Positions 26,068-36,590 of a stretch of 64,000 nt of DNA are shown one piece after another. The notes beneath the pieces were generated by a model. That model was not told the origin of the DNA, ran no database searches, and worked only from the letters and a program-made list of their open reading frames with translations. Made by a program: the position numbers and the translations under genes. The DNA comes from an uncultured Holophagales bacterium (GTDB taxonomy: Bacteria; Acidobacteriota; Thermoanaerobaculia; Multivoradales; UBA5704), in contig CAWJGT010000003.1 of NCBI GenBank assembly GCA_963842525.1, forward strand, positions 480,001-544,000, given 5' to 3'. Every line of letters begins with the position of its first letter. Within the stretch, counting starts at the first letter, position 1.

Positions 26068-29000
26068 CGAAATGGATGGATGTCAAATGATCCGAGATGA
26101 AGTCCAGGAGAAGCACGAGGCCGGCTCCCACGAGGTGTGGTTGGAGAAGGAGGCGGCCTACTGGTCGCAGAAGCTGGCCGGCCCGCCCGAGGCCGTGGGG
26201 CTCCCTCTCGACAGGCCTCGCCTTTTGGTCTCGGGTTTCCGACAGGCCCGCGTAGAGATCCCCGTCGAGGAGGAGGTCCAGAGGGGCCTGCTGCAGCTCT
26301 GCAAGGGCAACGACACGCTGCTCCTGGTCGCCTTCGTGGCCGTAGTCAAGGCCTGGCTGCACAGGTCCACGGGCGCCGAGGACATCATTGTCGGTACGAC
26401 GATCCACCGGCGCTACGCGGAAGCTCGCCTCGCTCAACAAGATCTTGTCCCTGCGCGATCGCGTGACCGGCGCCTCGATGCTCAAGGATCTCCTGCTCCA
26501 GGTCAAGGAAACGGTTTCGGAAGCGTACGCGCACCAGAAGCTTCCCTTCGACCGGCTGCGCAAGCTCCTGGCAGCCGCGCTGCCGGATCCTGTCTCGCCC
26601 CTGTTCCGGGTCGCCGTCCTGATGGAGCAGATCAACGATGTCGCGAGCCTCGAGCGCCTGCTCCCCGATGTGACGTGGATCGTGAGCCGGGCCGACGAAC
26701 AGATCCACTGCCGGATCGAGTACAACGCGGAGCTCCTGCAGGCAACTTCCGTCCAAGCGTTCGGCGAGGCCTGCATCCGGATCGCATCGGCACTGGTCGC
26801 GGACCCAGGAGCCCGGGTCGGGGAGCTTGCGCTCCTGGCGCCGGAGCGGGAACGCGAGCTGCTGCACGATTTCAATGCGAGCGGTCGGGAGTATCCCCGG
26901 GACTGCACGATCCACGAGCTCTTCGAGCGCGAGGCGGGGCGCTCCGGTGAGAAGACGGCCGTCCTCTGTGGCTCCTTGGAGCTCTCCTACCAGGAGCTGA
27001 ACCGCCGGGCCAACCGCCTCGCCCATCACCTGCGACGGCTGGGCGTCGGAGCGGGTGCGCGGGTGGGAATTCTGCTCGACCACTCTCCCGAGGCGGTGGT
27101 CGCAATCCTCGCGGTGCTCAAGGCTGGAGGGGCTTACGTCCCCTTCGACCCCTCCTCGCCAGCAGAGCGCTTGGCCTTCATGCTGGCGGACGCAGAGATC
27201 GCCGTGCTGCTGACGCAGGACCGGCTGGCGCAGCGGTGCAACGCCGGCGAGGCCGTGGTCCTGCGCCTCGACGCGGACCAGCAGCTCTTCGCCCAGGAGA
27301 ACACCGAAAAACTGCCGGCCGGCGCCATGCCACAGGACGTGGCCTACATCATCTACACCTCGGGATCGACCGGGCGGCCCAAGGGGGTCCTGATCTCGCA
27401 TTCGTCTCTGGTGAACTATATCTGGTGGTCGAAGGATGTCTACCTGCGAGGAGAAACGCTGGCTTTTCCCTTGTACTCCTCACTCGCTTTCGACCTGACG
27501 ATCACATCGTTTTTCACCCCTCTGGTCACAGGCAACAGACTTGTCATCCATCGCCCCGAGGAAGGCAGGACATCGGTTCTAGGTGTCTTGCAGGACGATC
27601 GGGTAGAGATTCTAAAGCTGACTCCCAGCCACCTCGCTCTGATCCAGGACCGCGACAACCGGGGCTCGAGCATCCGCCGGCTGATCGTCGGCGGTGAGGC
27701 CCTGGAGTCTGGATTGGCGAGACGGGTGTACGAGAGCTTCGGGGGCGAGGTCGAGATCTTCAACGAGTATGGTCCCACCGAGGCCACGGTGGGCTGCATG
27801 ATCCACCGGTTCGATCCTGAGGCGCAGGACTGTGCGTTCGTGCCCATCGGCCGGCCGGCGGCCAATACGCGGATCTACCTCCTCGGCAAGGATCTCAAGC
27901 CTGTGGGGATGAACGCGCCGGGAGAGCTGTACATCTCCGGGGACGGGGTCGCGCAGGGATACTGGCGGCGCGACGACCTCACCGCCGAAAGATTTCTCGC
28001 AGACCCCTTCCACGCGGGCGGCCGGATGTACAAGACCGGCGACCTGGCCCGCTGGCTGCCGGAGGGCGTGATCGACTTCCTCGGGCGCAAGGACGGGCAG
28101 ATCAAGTTCCTCGGGCATCGGATCGAGCTCGACGAGATCCGCTGGGCGTTGGGCCAGCATCGAAAAGTGCGCGACAGCGTGGTCTCGGCCACCGAGGACG
28201 AGAACGGCAATCGGGTTCTCCTGGCCTACTACGTGGCCCGCGAGGCGCTGGACGTCGCGGAGCTGCGGAGTTTTCTTTCGAGCTACATCCCCGAGGAGAC
28301 GATTCCAAGCTTCTTCGTTCACATGAAGCGGCTGCCGCTGACGCTCAACGGCAAGTTGAATCATCAGGCTCTGCCGTCCCTGAGCGAGGCGAAAAAGCAG
28401 CTTCGGCAGGAGATCGTGGCTCCCCGCAATGCCACGGAGCTGCGGGTCGCGGAGATCTTCCGGCAGGTTCTCGGCCTCCAGCAGGTCGGCATCCACGAGA
28501 GCTTTTTCACCCTGGGCGGCCATTCGCTGCTGGCCACGCAGGTGACATCGCGCGTGCGCGACGGCTTCCACCTGGAGCTGCCGTTACGGGCGTTGTTCGA
28601 GACTCCGACCGTCGCGGATCTTGCGGCGAGGATCGACGCGGCCGGCAACTCCGGGCATGAGCTCAAACTGCCGCCTCTGGTGCGCTGTCCGCGTGACGGC
28701 GACCTGCCGCTCTCCTTCGCCCAACAGAGGCTCTGGTTCATCCATCAACTGGAGCCCGAAAGCCCGGCCTACAACATCCCCGCCGCGGTGCGCCTGACCG
28801 GCAGACTGGACCAGGCAGCGCTGCTGGCCGCTCTGGGCGAGGTGGTGGCCCGCCATGAGACGCTGCGCACCTCCTTCGGCGAGGTCGGAGGGAAGCCGGT
28901 GCAGCGCATCGCGCCGCCGGCGCAGCTCGCCGCGCCGCTCCTCGATCTGACGGACCTGCCGACCGCGCAGCGCGAGGCGGAGACCCGTCGCCTGGTGACG

Positions 29001-32000
29001 GAGGAGGAGCGCCATCCCTTCGATCTGGCGCGCGGCCCCCTCGTGCGGGTCGCTCTGCTGCGCCTGGCTTGCGAGGACCATGTCCTGCTGTTGACCCTGC
29101 ACCACATCGTTTCCGACGGCTGGTCGACGGGGGTGCTGATCCGCGAGTTTGGAGCGCTCTATCCGGCGTTTCACGAGGGCCGGCCCTCGCCGTTGCCGCT
29201 GCTTCCGGTCCAGTACGCCGATTTTGCTCTCTGGCAACAGACATGGATGTCGGGAGAGGCGCTGACAGCCCAGCTCTCCTACTGGTTGGAGCGTCTGGAA
29301 GGCATCCCGGCCGAGATCGAGCTGCCTACGGACCACCCTCGGCTTGCCGTCCCCAGCGGGCGCGGCGGTTCCCAATTGCTCCGGCTGCCCAGGGGTCTGT
29401 CGGATGCGCTGGCCAAGCTCGGCGCGCGGCACGGTGCCACGCTGTTCATGACTCTGCTTGCGGCCTGGAAGGTGCTGCTCTCCCGCTACAGCGGCCAGAC
29501 CGATGTCGTGGTGGGCTCTCCAATCGCCAACCGGAACCGGACCGAGTTGGAATCCCTGATCGGTTTCTTCGTCAATACCCTCGCGTTGCGCACCGATCTG
29601 TCGGGCGGCCCCGACTTCCGCGATCTGGTCGGCAAGGTCCGCGAGGTGACGCTTTCGGCCTATGCACACCAGGATCTGCCGTTCGAGAGGCTGGTCGAGG
29701 AGATGGCGCCCGAGCGGGTCCTGTCCCGCACGCCGATCTTCCAGGTCGTGTTTGCGCTCCAGAACGCTCCCGCGAGCACCCTCGACCTGCCCGGTCTCAC
29801 CCTGTCCCGGCTCGTTCTCGAAGGGGGCACGGCCAAGTTCAACCTGATGCTCTCGCTCGCCGAGAGCGAGGCAGGGCTGGCTGGCAGCCTGGAGTTCAGC
29901 CGCGATCTGTTCGACCCGGCGACCGTGGCCTGTCTGGCCGGCCACTTCCAGACGCTGCTCGCGGCCATCGCCCTGGATCCTGCACGACGGACCGAAGATT
30001 TGCCGCTGCTTTCTCCGGAGGAGCAGGGCCAGTTGCTGGTGGAGTGGAACCGGACGGCCGGGGACTATCCGCGCGAGGCGACCTTGCCCGAGCTGTTCCA
30101 GGACTGGGCGAGCCGGACGCCGGAGGCCGTTGCGGTGGTGTTCGGGGACGAGGAGCTCACCTACCGGGAGCTGAGCCGCCGGGCCCGCCGTGTGGCGCGC
30201 CGGCTGCGCACGCACGGAGTCGGACCGGAGGTGCTCGTCGGGCTCTGCGCCGACCGCGGTGCGGATCTGGTGGCGGGCATGCTGGGCGTTCTCGCGGCCG
30301 GCGGTGCCTATGTTCCGCTCGATCCGACCTATCCTCGGGAGCGGCTGGCCTTCATGCTGGAAGACGCCGCGACTCCGGTCGTGCTCGTGCAGGGATCGTG
30401 GGCCGAGAGGCTGCCCGCCTCGCGGGCGGAGTTGGTGATCCTGGAGGAGGCCGTCCGGGACGAGTCGATGGAGGAGGCAAGGGAGCGGGCCCTGCCGGTC
30501 GCCTGGGCCGAGAGCCTAGCCTATGTAATGTACACCTCGGGCTCGACGGGGAGGCCGAAGGGGGTGGCGGTATCTCATCGCGCCATCGTCCGCCTGGTCC
30601 GCGACACGGATTACACCCAGGTGGAGCCTTCGGACCGGATGGCGCAGGTCGCGAGCTCCTCGTTCGACGCGGCGACGTTCGAAATCTGGGGAGCTCTCCT
30701 GAACGGCGCCTGCCTGGTGGGCATCGAATCGCCGGTGGCCCTCTCACCCGGCGCCCTGGCCACCTGCATCGCGGAGCAAAGGATCAGCGCTCTATTCCTG
30801 ACCACGGCGCTCTTCCAGCAGATTGCCCGGGAGGCTCCAGAGGCATTCCGGCCGTTGCGCCATCTGCTCTTCGGTGGTGAGGTGGTGGATCCGCGATGGG
30901 TGCGCGAGGTGCTGAAAAAGGGCGCTCCCGAGCGGCTCCTCCACGTCTACGGCCCGACCGAGAACACGACCTTCTCGTCCTGGTACTTGGTTGAGCAGGT
31001 CTCGGAACGCGCGACGTCTGTGCCGATCGGTCGCCCAATCCGGAACACTCGGGCATATGTGCTGGACGGGCATCTGCGACCCGTCCCCGTCGGGGTGAGC
31101 GGGGACTTGTACCTCGGCGGAGACGGGCTGGCCCGCGACTACCACAACCGGCCAGACCTGACAGCGGAGCGCTTTGTGCCTGACCCGTCGGGCTACGAGC
31201 CGGGAGGGCGGCTCTACCAGACCGGCGACCGGGCGCGCCATCTCGTGGACGGCACGATCGATTTCCTGGGCCGGCTGGACCACCAAGTGAAGCTACGGGG
31301 GTTCCGGATTGAGCTGGGGGATGTTGAAGCGGCCTTAGCCGAGCTTCCCGGGGTCCGGCAGGCCCTGGTCGTGGTTCGGCCAGGAGCGGACGGGAGCATC
31401 GATAAGCGGCTGGTCGCCTATGTCGCGGGGGAGGCTGAGAGCGCAGAGCTGAGGCGGCATCTCGAAACCAAGCTGCCGAGCTTCATGATCCCCTCTGCCT
31501 TCGTCGTGCTGCCGTCGTTCCCCCTGACCTCGAACGGCAAGGTGGACCGGCAGTCCCTTCCGGAGCCGGAGTGGGGGAGAGCGGAGGCAGAGGTCGACTC
31601 GAAGGCGCCGTGCACACCGGTGGAGGAGATGCTGGCCGGGATCTTTGCAGAGGTGCTGGGTCTCAGCAGAGTGGGTGTGCGCGAAAGCTTCTTCGATCTC
31701 GGTGGACATTCGCTGCTGGCCACGCAGGTCGTGTCCCGGATACGCGCCGCCTTCGGCATTGAGCTGCCGCTGCGGGTGCTGTTCGAGGCTCCGACCGTGG
31801 AGGGTCTCGCTCCGGCCGTCGAGGCCGCGATGCGGTCCGGGATGGCCCCGGTGCCTCCGATCGTCCCAATGGAGAGGGACGGCGAGCTGCCGCTCTCCTT
31901 TGCCCAGCAGAGGCTCTGGTTCATCCATCAACTGGAGCCCGAAAGCCCGGCCTACAACATCCCGGTTGCGGTGCGCCTGACCGGCAGGCTCGACCGGAGG

Positions 32001-35000
32001 GCCCTGCGAGCCGCCCTGTGCGGGGTGGCGGCACGCCACGAGACCCTGCGCACCACCTTCGGCGATCTCGCCGGGGAGCCGGTGCAGCGCATCGCGCCGC
32101 CGGTGCTGATCGCGGTGGCGCTGATCGACCTGGCGGATCTGCCGGCCGAGGCGCTCGAGGCCGAAGCCCGTCGCCTGATCGCCGAGGAGGAGAGGCGCCC
32201 GTTCGATCTGACCCACGGACCCCTGCTGAGGGTCGAGCTGCTGCGGCTGGACGAGCAGGAGCACGCCCTGCTGCTGACTCTCCACCACATCATCTCGGAC
32301 GGCTGGTCGATGGGGGTGCTCATCCGCGAGCTGGCGACCCTCTACGCAGCGCACATCGCGGACCGCCCATCTCCGCTGCCTCCGCTGACCGTGCAGTACG
32401 TCGATTTCGCGCTCTGGCAGCGGGAGTGGATGCGCGGCCAGGTGCTCGAAGGCCAGCTTCGCTACTGGCGCGAGAGGCTGGAGGGAGCCCCTCGGGTGCT
32501 GGAGCTGCCCGCCGACCGCCCTCGGCCAGCCGTCGCGAGCGGGCAGGGAGGATTGCGCTCCTCATATCTACCCGCCGAGATCGCCGGGTCTCTCTCGGCC
32601 CTGGCGCAACGGCAGGGCGCCACGCTGTTCATGATCGCGCTCGCCGCCTGGAAGGCCCTCCTCTCGCGTCTCACGGGGCAGAACGATCTGGTGGTGGGGA
32701 CTCCGATCGCCAATCGCAACCGGTCCGAGGTTGAGGCTCTGATCGGCTTGTTCGTCAACACTCTTGCCTTGCGCACCGAGCTGCCGCCAAGTCTCGACTT
32801 CCTCGCTCTGGTGCGCCGCATCCGCGAGGCGACGCTCGGGGCCCTGGCTCACCAGGACCTCCCTTTCGAGCGCCTGGTCGAGGAGCTGTCGCCCGAGCGG
32901 AGCCTGGCCCATACGCCGCTGTTCCAGGTGATGCTGGCGGTGCAGAACGCCTCCCACGAGGTCTTGGATCTGCCCGGCCTGACCCTCTCGCCGCTCCGCG
33001 TCGAGATGACCACCGCCAAGCTCGATCTGTCGCTGACTCTCGGCGAGACGCCGGCCGGTCTCGCCGCGCACCTGGAATTCAACCGCGATCTGTTCGACGC
33101 CGCCACGGCCGACCGGCTGCTCGGCCATCTCGAGACCCTGCTTGCCGCCGCTGTCGACGATCCCGGCTGCCGCGTCGTCGACCTGCCGCTGCTCCGCGAG
33201 GCGGAGCGACGTCAGCTCCTGGCCGCCGGGCGAGCGGCGGCCCCGGTCGACCTGCAGTCCTGTCTGCACGGGCTCTTCGAGGCCCAGGCGAGGCGCGAGC
33301 CGGATGCGGTCGCGGCCGTCTGTGAAGGACGGAGTCTGAGCTACGGTGAGCTCGACCGCCGGGCCACGCGCCTGGCGTACCGGTTGCGGCGGCTCGGAGT
33401 GGGGCCGGAGGTCCCGGTGGGCGTCTGCCTCGCATCCTCTCTGGAGCTGGTGACGGGGCTGGTCGCCGTGCTCGCGGCCGGCGGCGTGTACCTGCCGCTC
33501 GATCCGGCCTATCCCCGCGAGCGCCTGGCCTTCATGCTGAAGGACGCGGGCGCGCCGGCGGTGCTGACCCTGGAGCGCCTGGCGGAGAGCCTGCCTGGCG
33601 AGGCCGCGCGCCTCCTCTGCCTCGATGCGCCTGTGGACGCAGACGCGGAGGATCTGGCGGCGCCACGCCACAGCGCCGCTCCGCAGAGCCTCGCCTATCT
33701 GATCTACACCTCGGGCTCCACAGGGCGGCCCAAGGCGGTCGGGGTCGAGCACGGGCCGGCCGCTGGTCACATGCTGGCCGCCGCGCGGCTCTTCGGCCTC
33801 GACCGCGGCGACCGGGTGCTCCAGCTCGCGTCGCCGAGCTTTGACACGTCCCTGGAGGAGATCCTGCCGGCCCTCATCTCCGGCGCCGTCGTGGTGCTGC
33901 GCGGTCCGGAGCTTTGGGAGCCTGCCGCCTTCCTGGACAAGCTGGCGCAGCTTGGCATCACCGTGCTCGACATCCCCACGGCCTACTGGCACCAATGGGT
34001 GGTGGAGTGCGAGGGGATGGATCGACCCGCCGACCTAGGGCTGCGCACCGTCGCCGTGGGCGGCGAGGCCATGTCGCCTGAGGCGGCGCGCCTCTGGTGG
34101 CGGACGCCGCTCGCGGACATCCCCCTGCTCAACACCTATGGGCCGACTGAGGCGATCGTCACCTCCACCTGGCTGCGGGTGGACCGCGAGGCCGCCTCCT
34201 CCGCCGCCGGCTCGGTCCGTATCGGCCGTCCGCTCGCCGGCCGCGACGCCCTCGTGCTGGATCGCGCGGGGAGCCTCGCGCCTGTGAACGTGCCCGGCGA
34301 GCTGTACCTGGCCGGTCTGCTGCTGGCGCGCGGCTATCGGGGCCGGCCGGATCTCACGGCCGAGAGGTTCGTGCCTGATCCGTACGCCTCCCTGCCTGGC
34401 GCCCGGCTCTACCGTAGCGGCGACCTCGCGCGCTGGCGTCCGGACGGGACCCTGGAGTTCCTCGGCCGCGCCGACCAGCAGGTGAAGATCCGGGGGTTCC
34501 GCGTGGAGCCGGGGGAGATCGAGGCCGCTCTTGCCGGGCATCCGAAAGTGCGCGAATCCGTGGTTCTGGCTCGCGAAGACGTTCCCGGCGAAACGCGCCT
34601 CGCCGCCTATCTAGTGGCGCGCCCGGAAGCGCTTCTCACGGCGGCGGAGCTTCGCGACCACCTGCGGCGGAGTCTGCCGGAGCACATGATCCCTGCGGCG
34701 TTCGTGGTGCTCGATGCGCTGCCGCGCACCTCGAATGGGAAGCTCGACCGCAAGGCCCTGCCGGCGCCGGGCGAGCCCCGGGCCGGAGAGCGCGGAGCCT
34801 CTTCACCACGCACGATCACCGAAGAGATCCTGGCGGGCCTCTGGCAGGAGATCCTGCGGCTCGACTGCACTGTCGGCATCCACGAGAGCTTCTTTGAGCT
34901 CGGAGGACACTCCCTGCTGGCCACCCGGATGCTCTCGCGGATCCGGGGGGTGTTCGAGGTCGACCTCCCCCTGCGCACCGTATTCGAGTCGCCCACCGTT

Positions 35001-36550
35001 TCCGGTCTGGCCGCCCTCGTCGAGGAGGGGAAGAGAACGGCCCGCGGCATGCGGATCCCTCCCTTCGAGCCCGTCGCGGCGCGCGTGGAGGTACCCCTCT
35101 CCTTCTCCCAGCAGCGCCTCTGGTTCATGGACCAGTTGGAGCCTGGAAATCCTTTCTACAATGTCGCCGCAGCCTTCGACCTGGAGGGGCCGCTGGATTT
35201 GGCGGTCCTGGAGCGGTCCCTCAGTGAGATCGTGCGCCGGCAAGGCTCTCTGCGCACTGTTTTCGCGAGACGGAGCGGCCAGAACGTGCAACGGGTGCAG
35301 CCGCCCGCGCCGGTGATCCTGCCGATCGCCGACCTGTCCATCCTGGGCGAGGAGGCGCAGCAGGCCGAGGTACGGAGACTGGTCTCCCAGGAGGCGCGGG
35401 CCTCCTTCGACCTCGCGCGTGGGCCGCTCTTCCGCATCCGGTTGCTGCGGCTTGGCGAGAGCCGGCACGTCTTCCTCCTGACCCTGCACCACATCATCAC
35501 CGACGGCTGGTCGACCGACGTGCTGACCCGCGAGCTCGTGGAGCTGTACGAGAGCTTCTCGCGGGGCGAAAGCTCGCCGCTGGCGGACCTCCCCCTCCAA
35601 TACACGGATTTCGCCGTCTGGCAGCAACAGTGGCTGCGCGGGGAGGCCCTGGAGACCCAGCTCGCCTACTGGCGCAGGCAGCTCGCTGATGCGCCTGCGG
35701 TCACCCGGCTCCCCACGGATCGCCCGCGGCCCGCGGTCCAGAGCTACCGGGGAGGCCGGCAGAGGTTCGAGCTGTCGGCCGAGCCGTGCCAGCGGCTGCG
35801 TGAGCTCAGCCGGCGGGAGGGAGTGTCCCTGTTCATGACCGTGTTGGCCGCCTACCAGGCCTTCCTGTCCTCCTGCGCGGGAGAGGAGGTCGTGATCGTG
35901 GGGTCTCCGGTCAGCTATCGCAATTGGGCGGAGGTCGAGGGGCTGATCGGCTTCTTTGCCAACACGCTCCTGTTCCGCGGTGATGTCGCCGGAAACCCCA
36001 GCTTCCGGGAGCTGCTCGGGCGGGTCCGCAAGATGGCGCTGGATGCGTTCGCCCACGAGCACGTGCCGTTCGACAAGCTGGTCAGCGAGCTGCGCCCCGA
36101 GAGAAACCTGGGCTACAACCCGCTGTTCCAGGTGGGTTTCGCGTTCCAGACGGCTGCCGAGACCAGCCGCGGGAGATCCGATCTCCTCGTACGCCCGTTC
36201 GGATTCGAGCTGGAGACAACCCAGTTCGATCTCAACCTGGCCGTGATCGACACCGGCGCGAAGCTGGTAGGCGACCTCCAGTTCAGCCGGGACCTTTTCG
36301 AAGAGATCACCGTCGACCTGATGCGGGAGCAGCTCCAGGAGCTGATGCAGAGGGTGGGAAGCGATCCGGAGATCCGGATGAACGATCTGAGACCCCTTTT
36401 GGCCGAGGTGAGCAGACGGCGGCTGGGCGCGTTGAAGCGGGAAGCAGCCAGACCACCACACCGGGCCTCAGGAGTGGAAGACGACAGGCTGTCGTCGTGA
36501 CCGGGAAGTAAGCCAGCGGAGATAGCACATGGAGAAGGTCGTCGAAGGTT
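26068..36550 (+). repeat. Tandem gene duplication, copy 1 (~10.5 kb)
   Basis: Aligns with 36572-47063 at offset ~10503-10513, except for the swapped block 31628-34527. Confidence 0.9.
26087..36500 (+). CDS. NRPS2: half-C-A(Asn)-T-C-A(Ile)-T-C-A(Lys/Arg-type)-T-C(terminal); frameshift at ~26421, tail probably also frameshifted (true stop likely TAA 36509-36511)
   Basis: N-terminus MIRDEVQEKHE from ATG 26087 (in-frame ATG also at 26072) matches paralog 36591. An extra A at 26421-26422 shifts into ORF 26388..36500. Codes DLTKIGEVGK (Asn), DAFFLGVTFK (Ile), DTEDAGTVTK (acidic pocket, basic substrate). C motifs HHIVSDGWS, HHIISDGWS, HHIITDGWS. Confidence 0.92.
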
Positions 36551-36552
36551 AG
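36529..36552 (+). pseudogene. Remnant of the NRPS4 start (RBS plus MEKVVEG-stop) at the duplication junction
   Basis: cggagatagcacatggagaaggtcgtcgaaggtt (36517-36550) is identical to 47030-47063 and is closed by TAG. Confidence 0.8.
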
Positions 36553-36590
36553 AGACGAGCCCTCGTCAATACGAAACGGATGGATATCAG

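Noticed and set aside
25787-26950. 387-aa ORF overlapping the end of the radical SAM gene
   Set aside because: Only 26087-26421 is meaningful (the NRPS2 N-terminus); the rest is out-of-frame extension.
31131-31145. GLARDY instead of GLARGY in the NRPS2 Ile A domain
   Set aside because: A single substitution absent from the paralog; cannot be told from a read error or a tolerated change.
36441-36500. Altered NRPS2 C-terminus as an evolved change of docking tail
   Set aside because: The change starts where the paralog has GAGCTC, the error hotspot, and the shifted frame still encodes ...SGRRQAVVVTGK to TAA 36509-36511. Treated as a probable artefact, though not proven.
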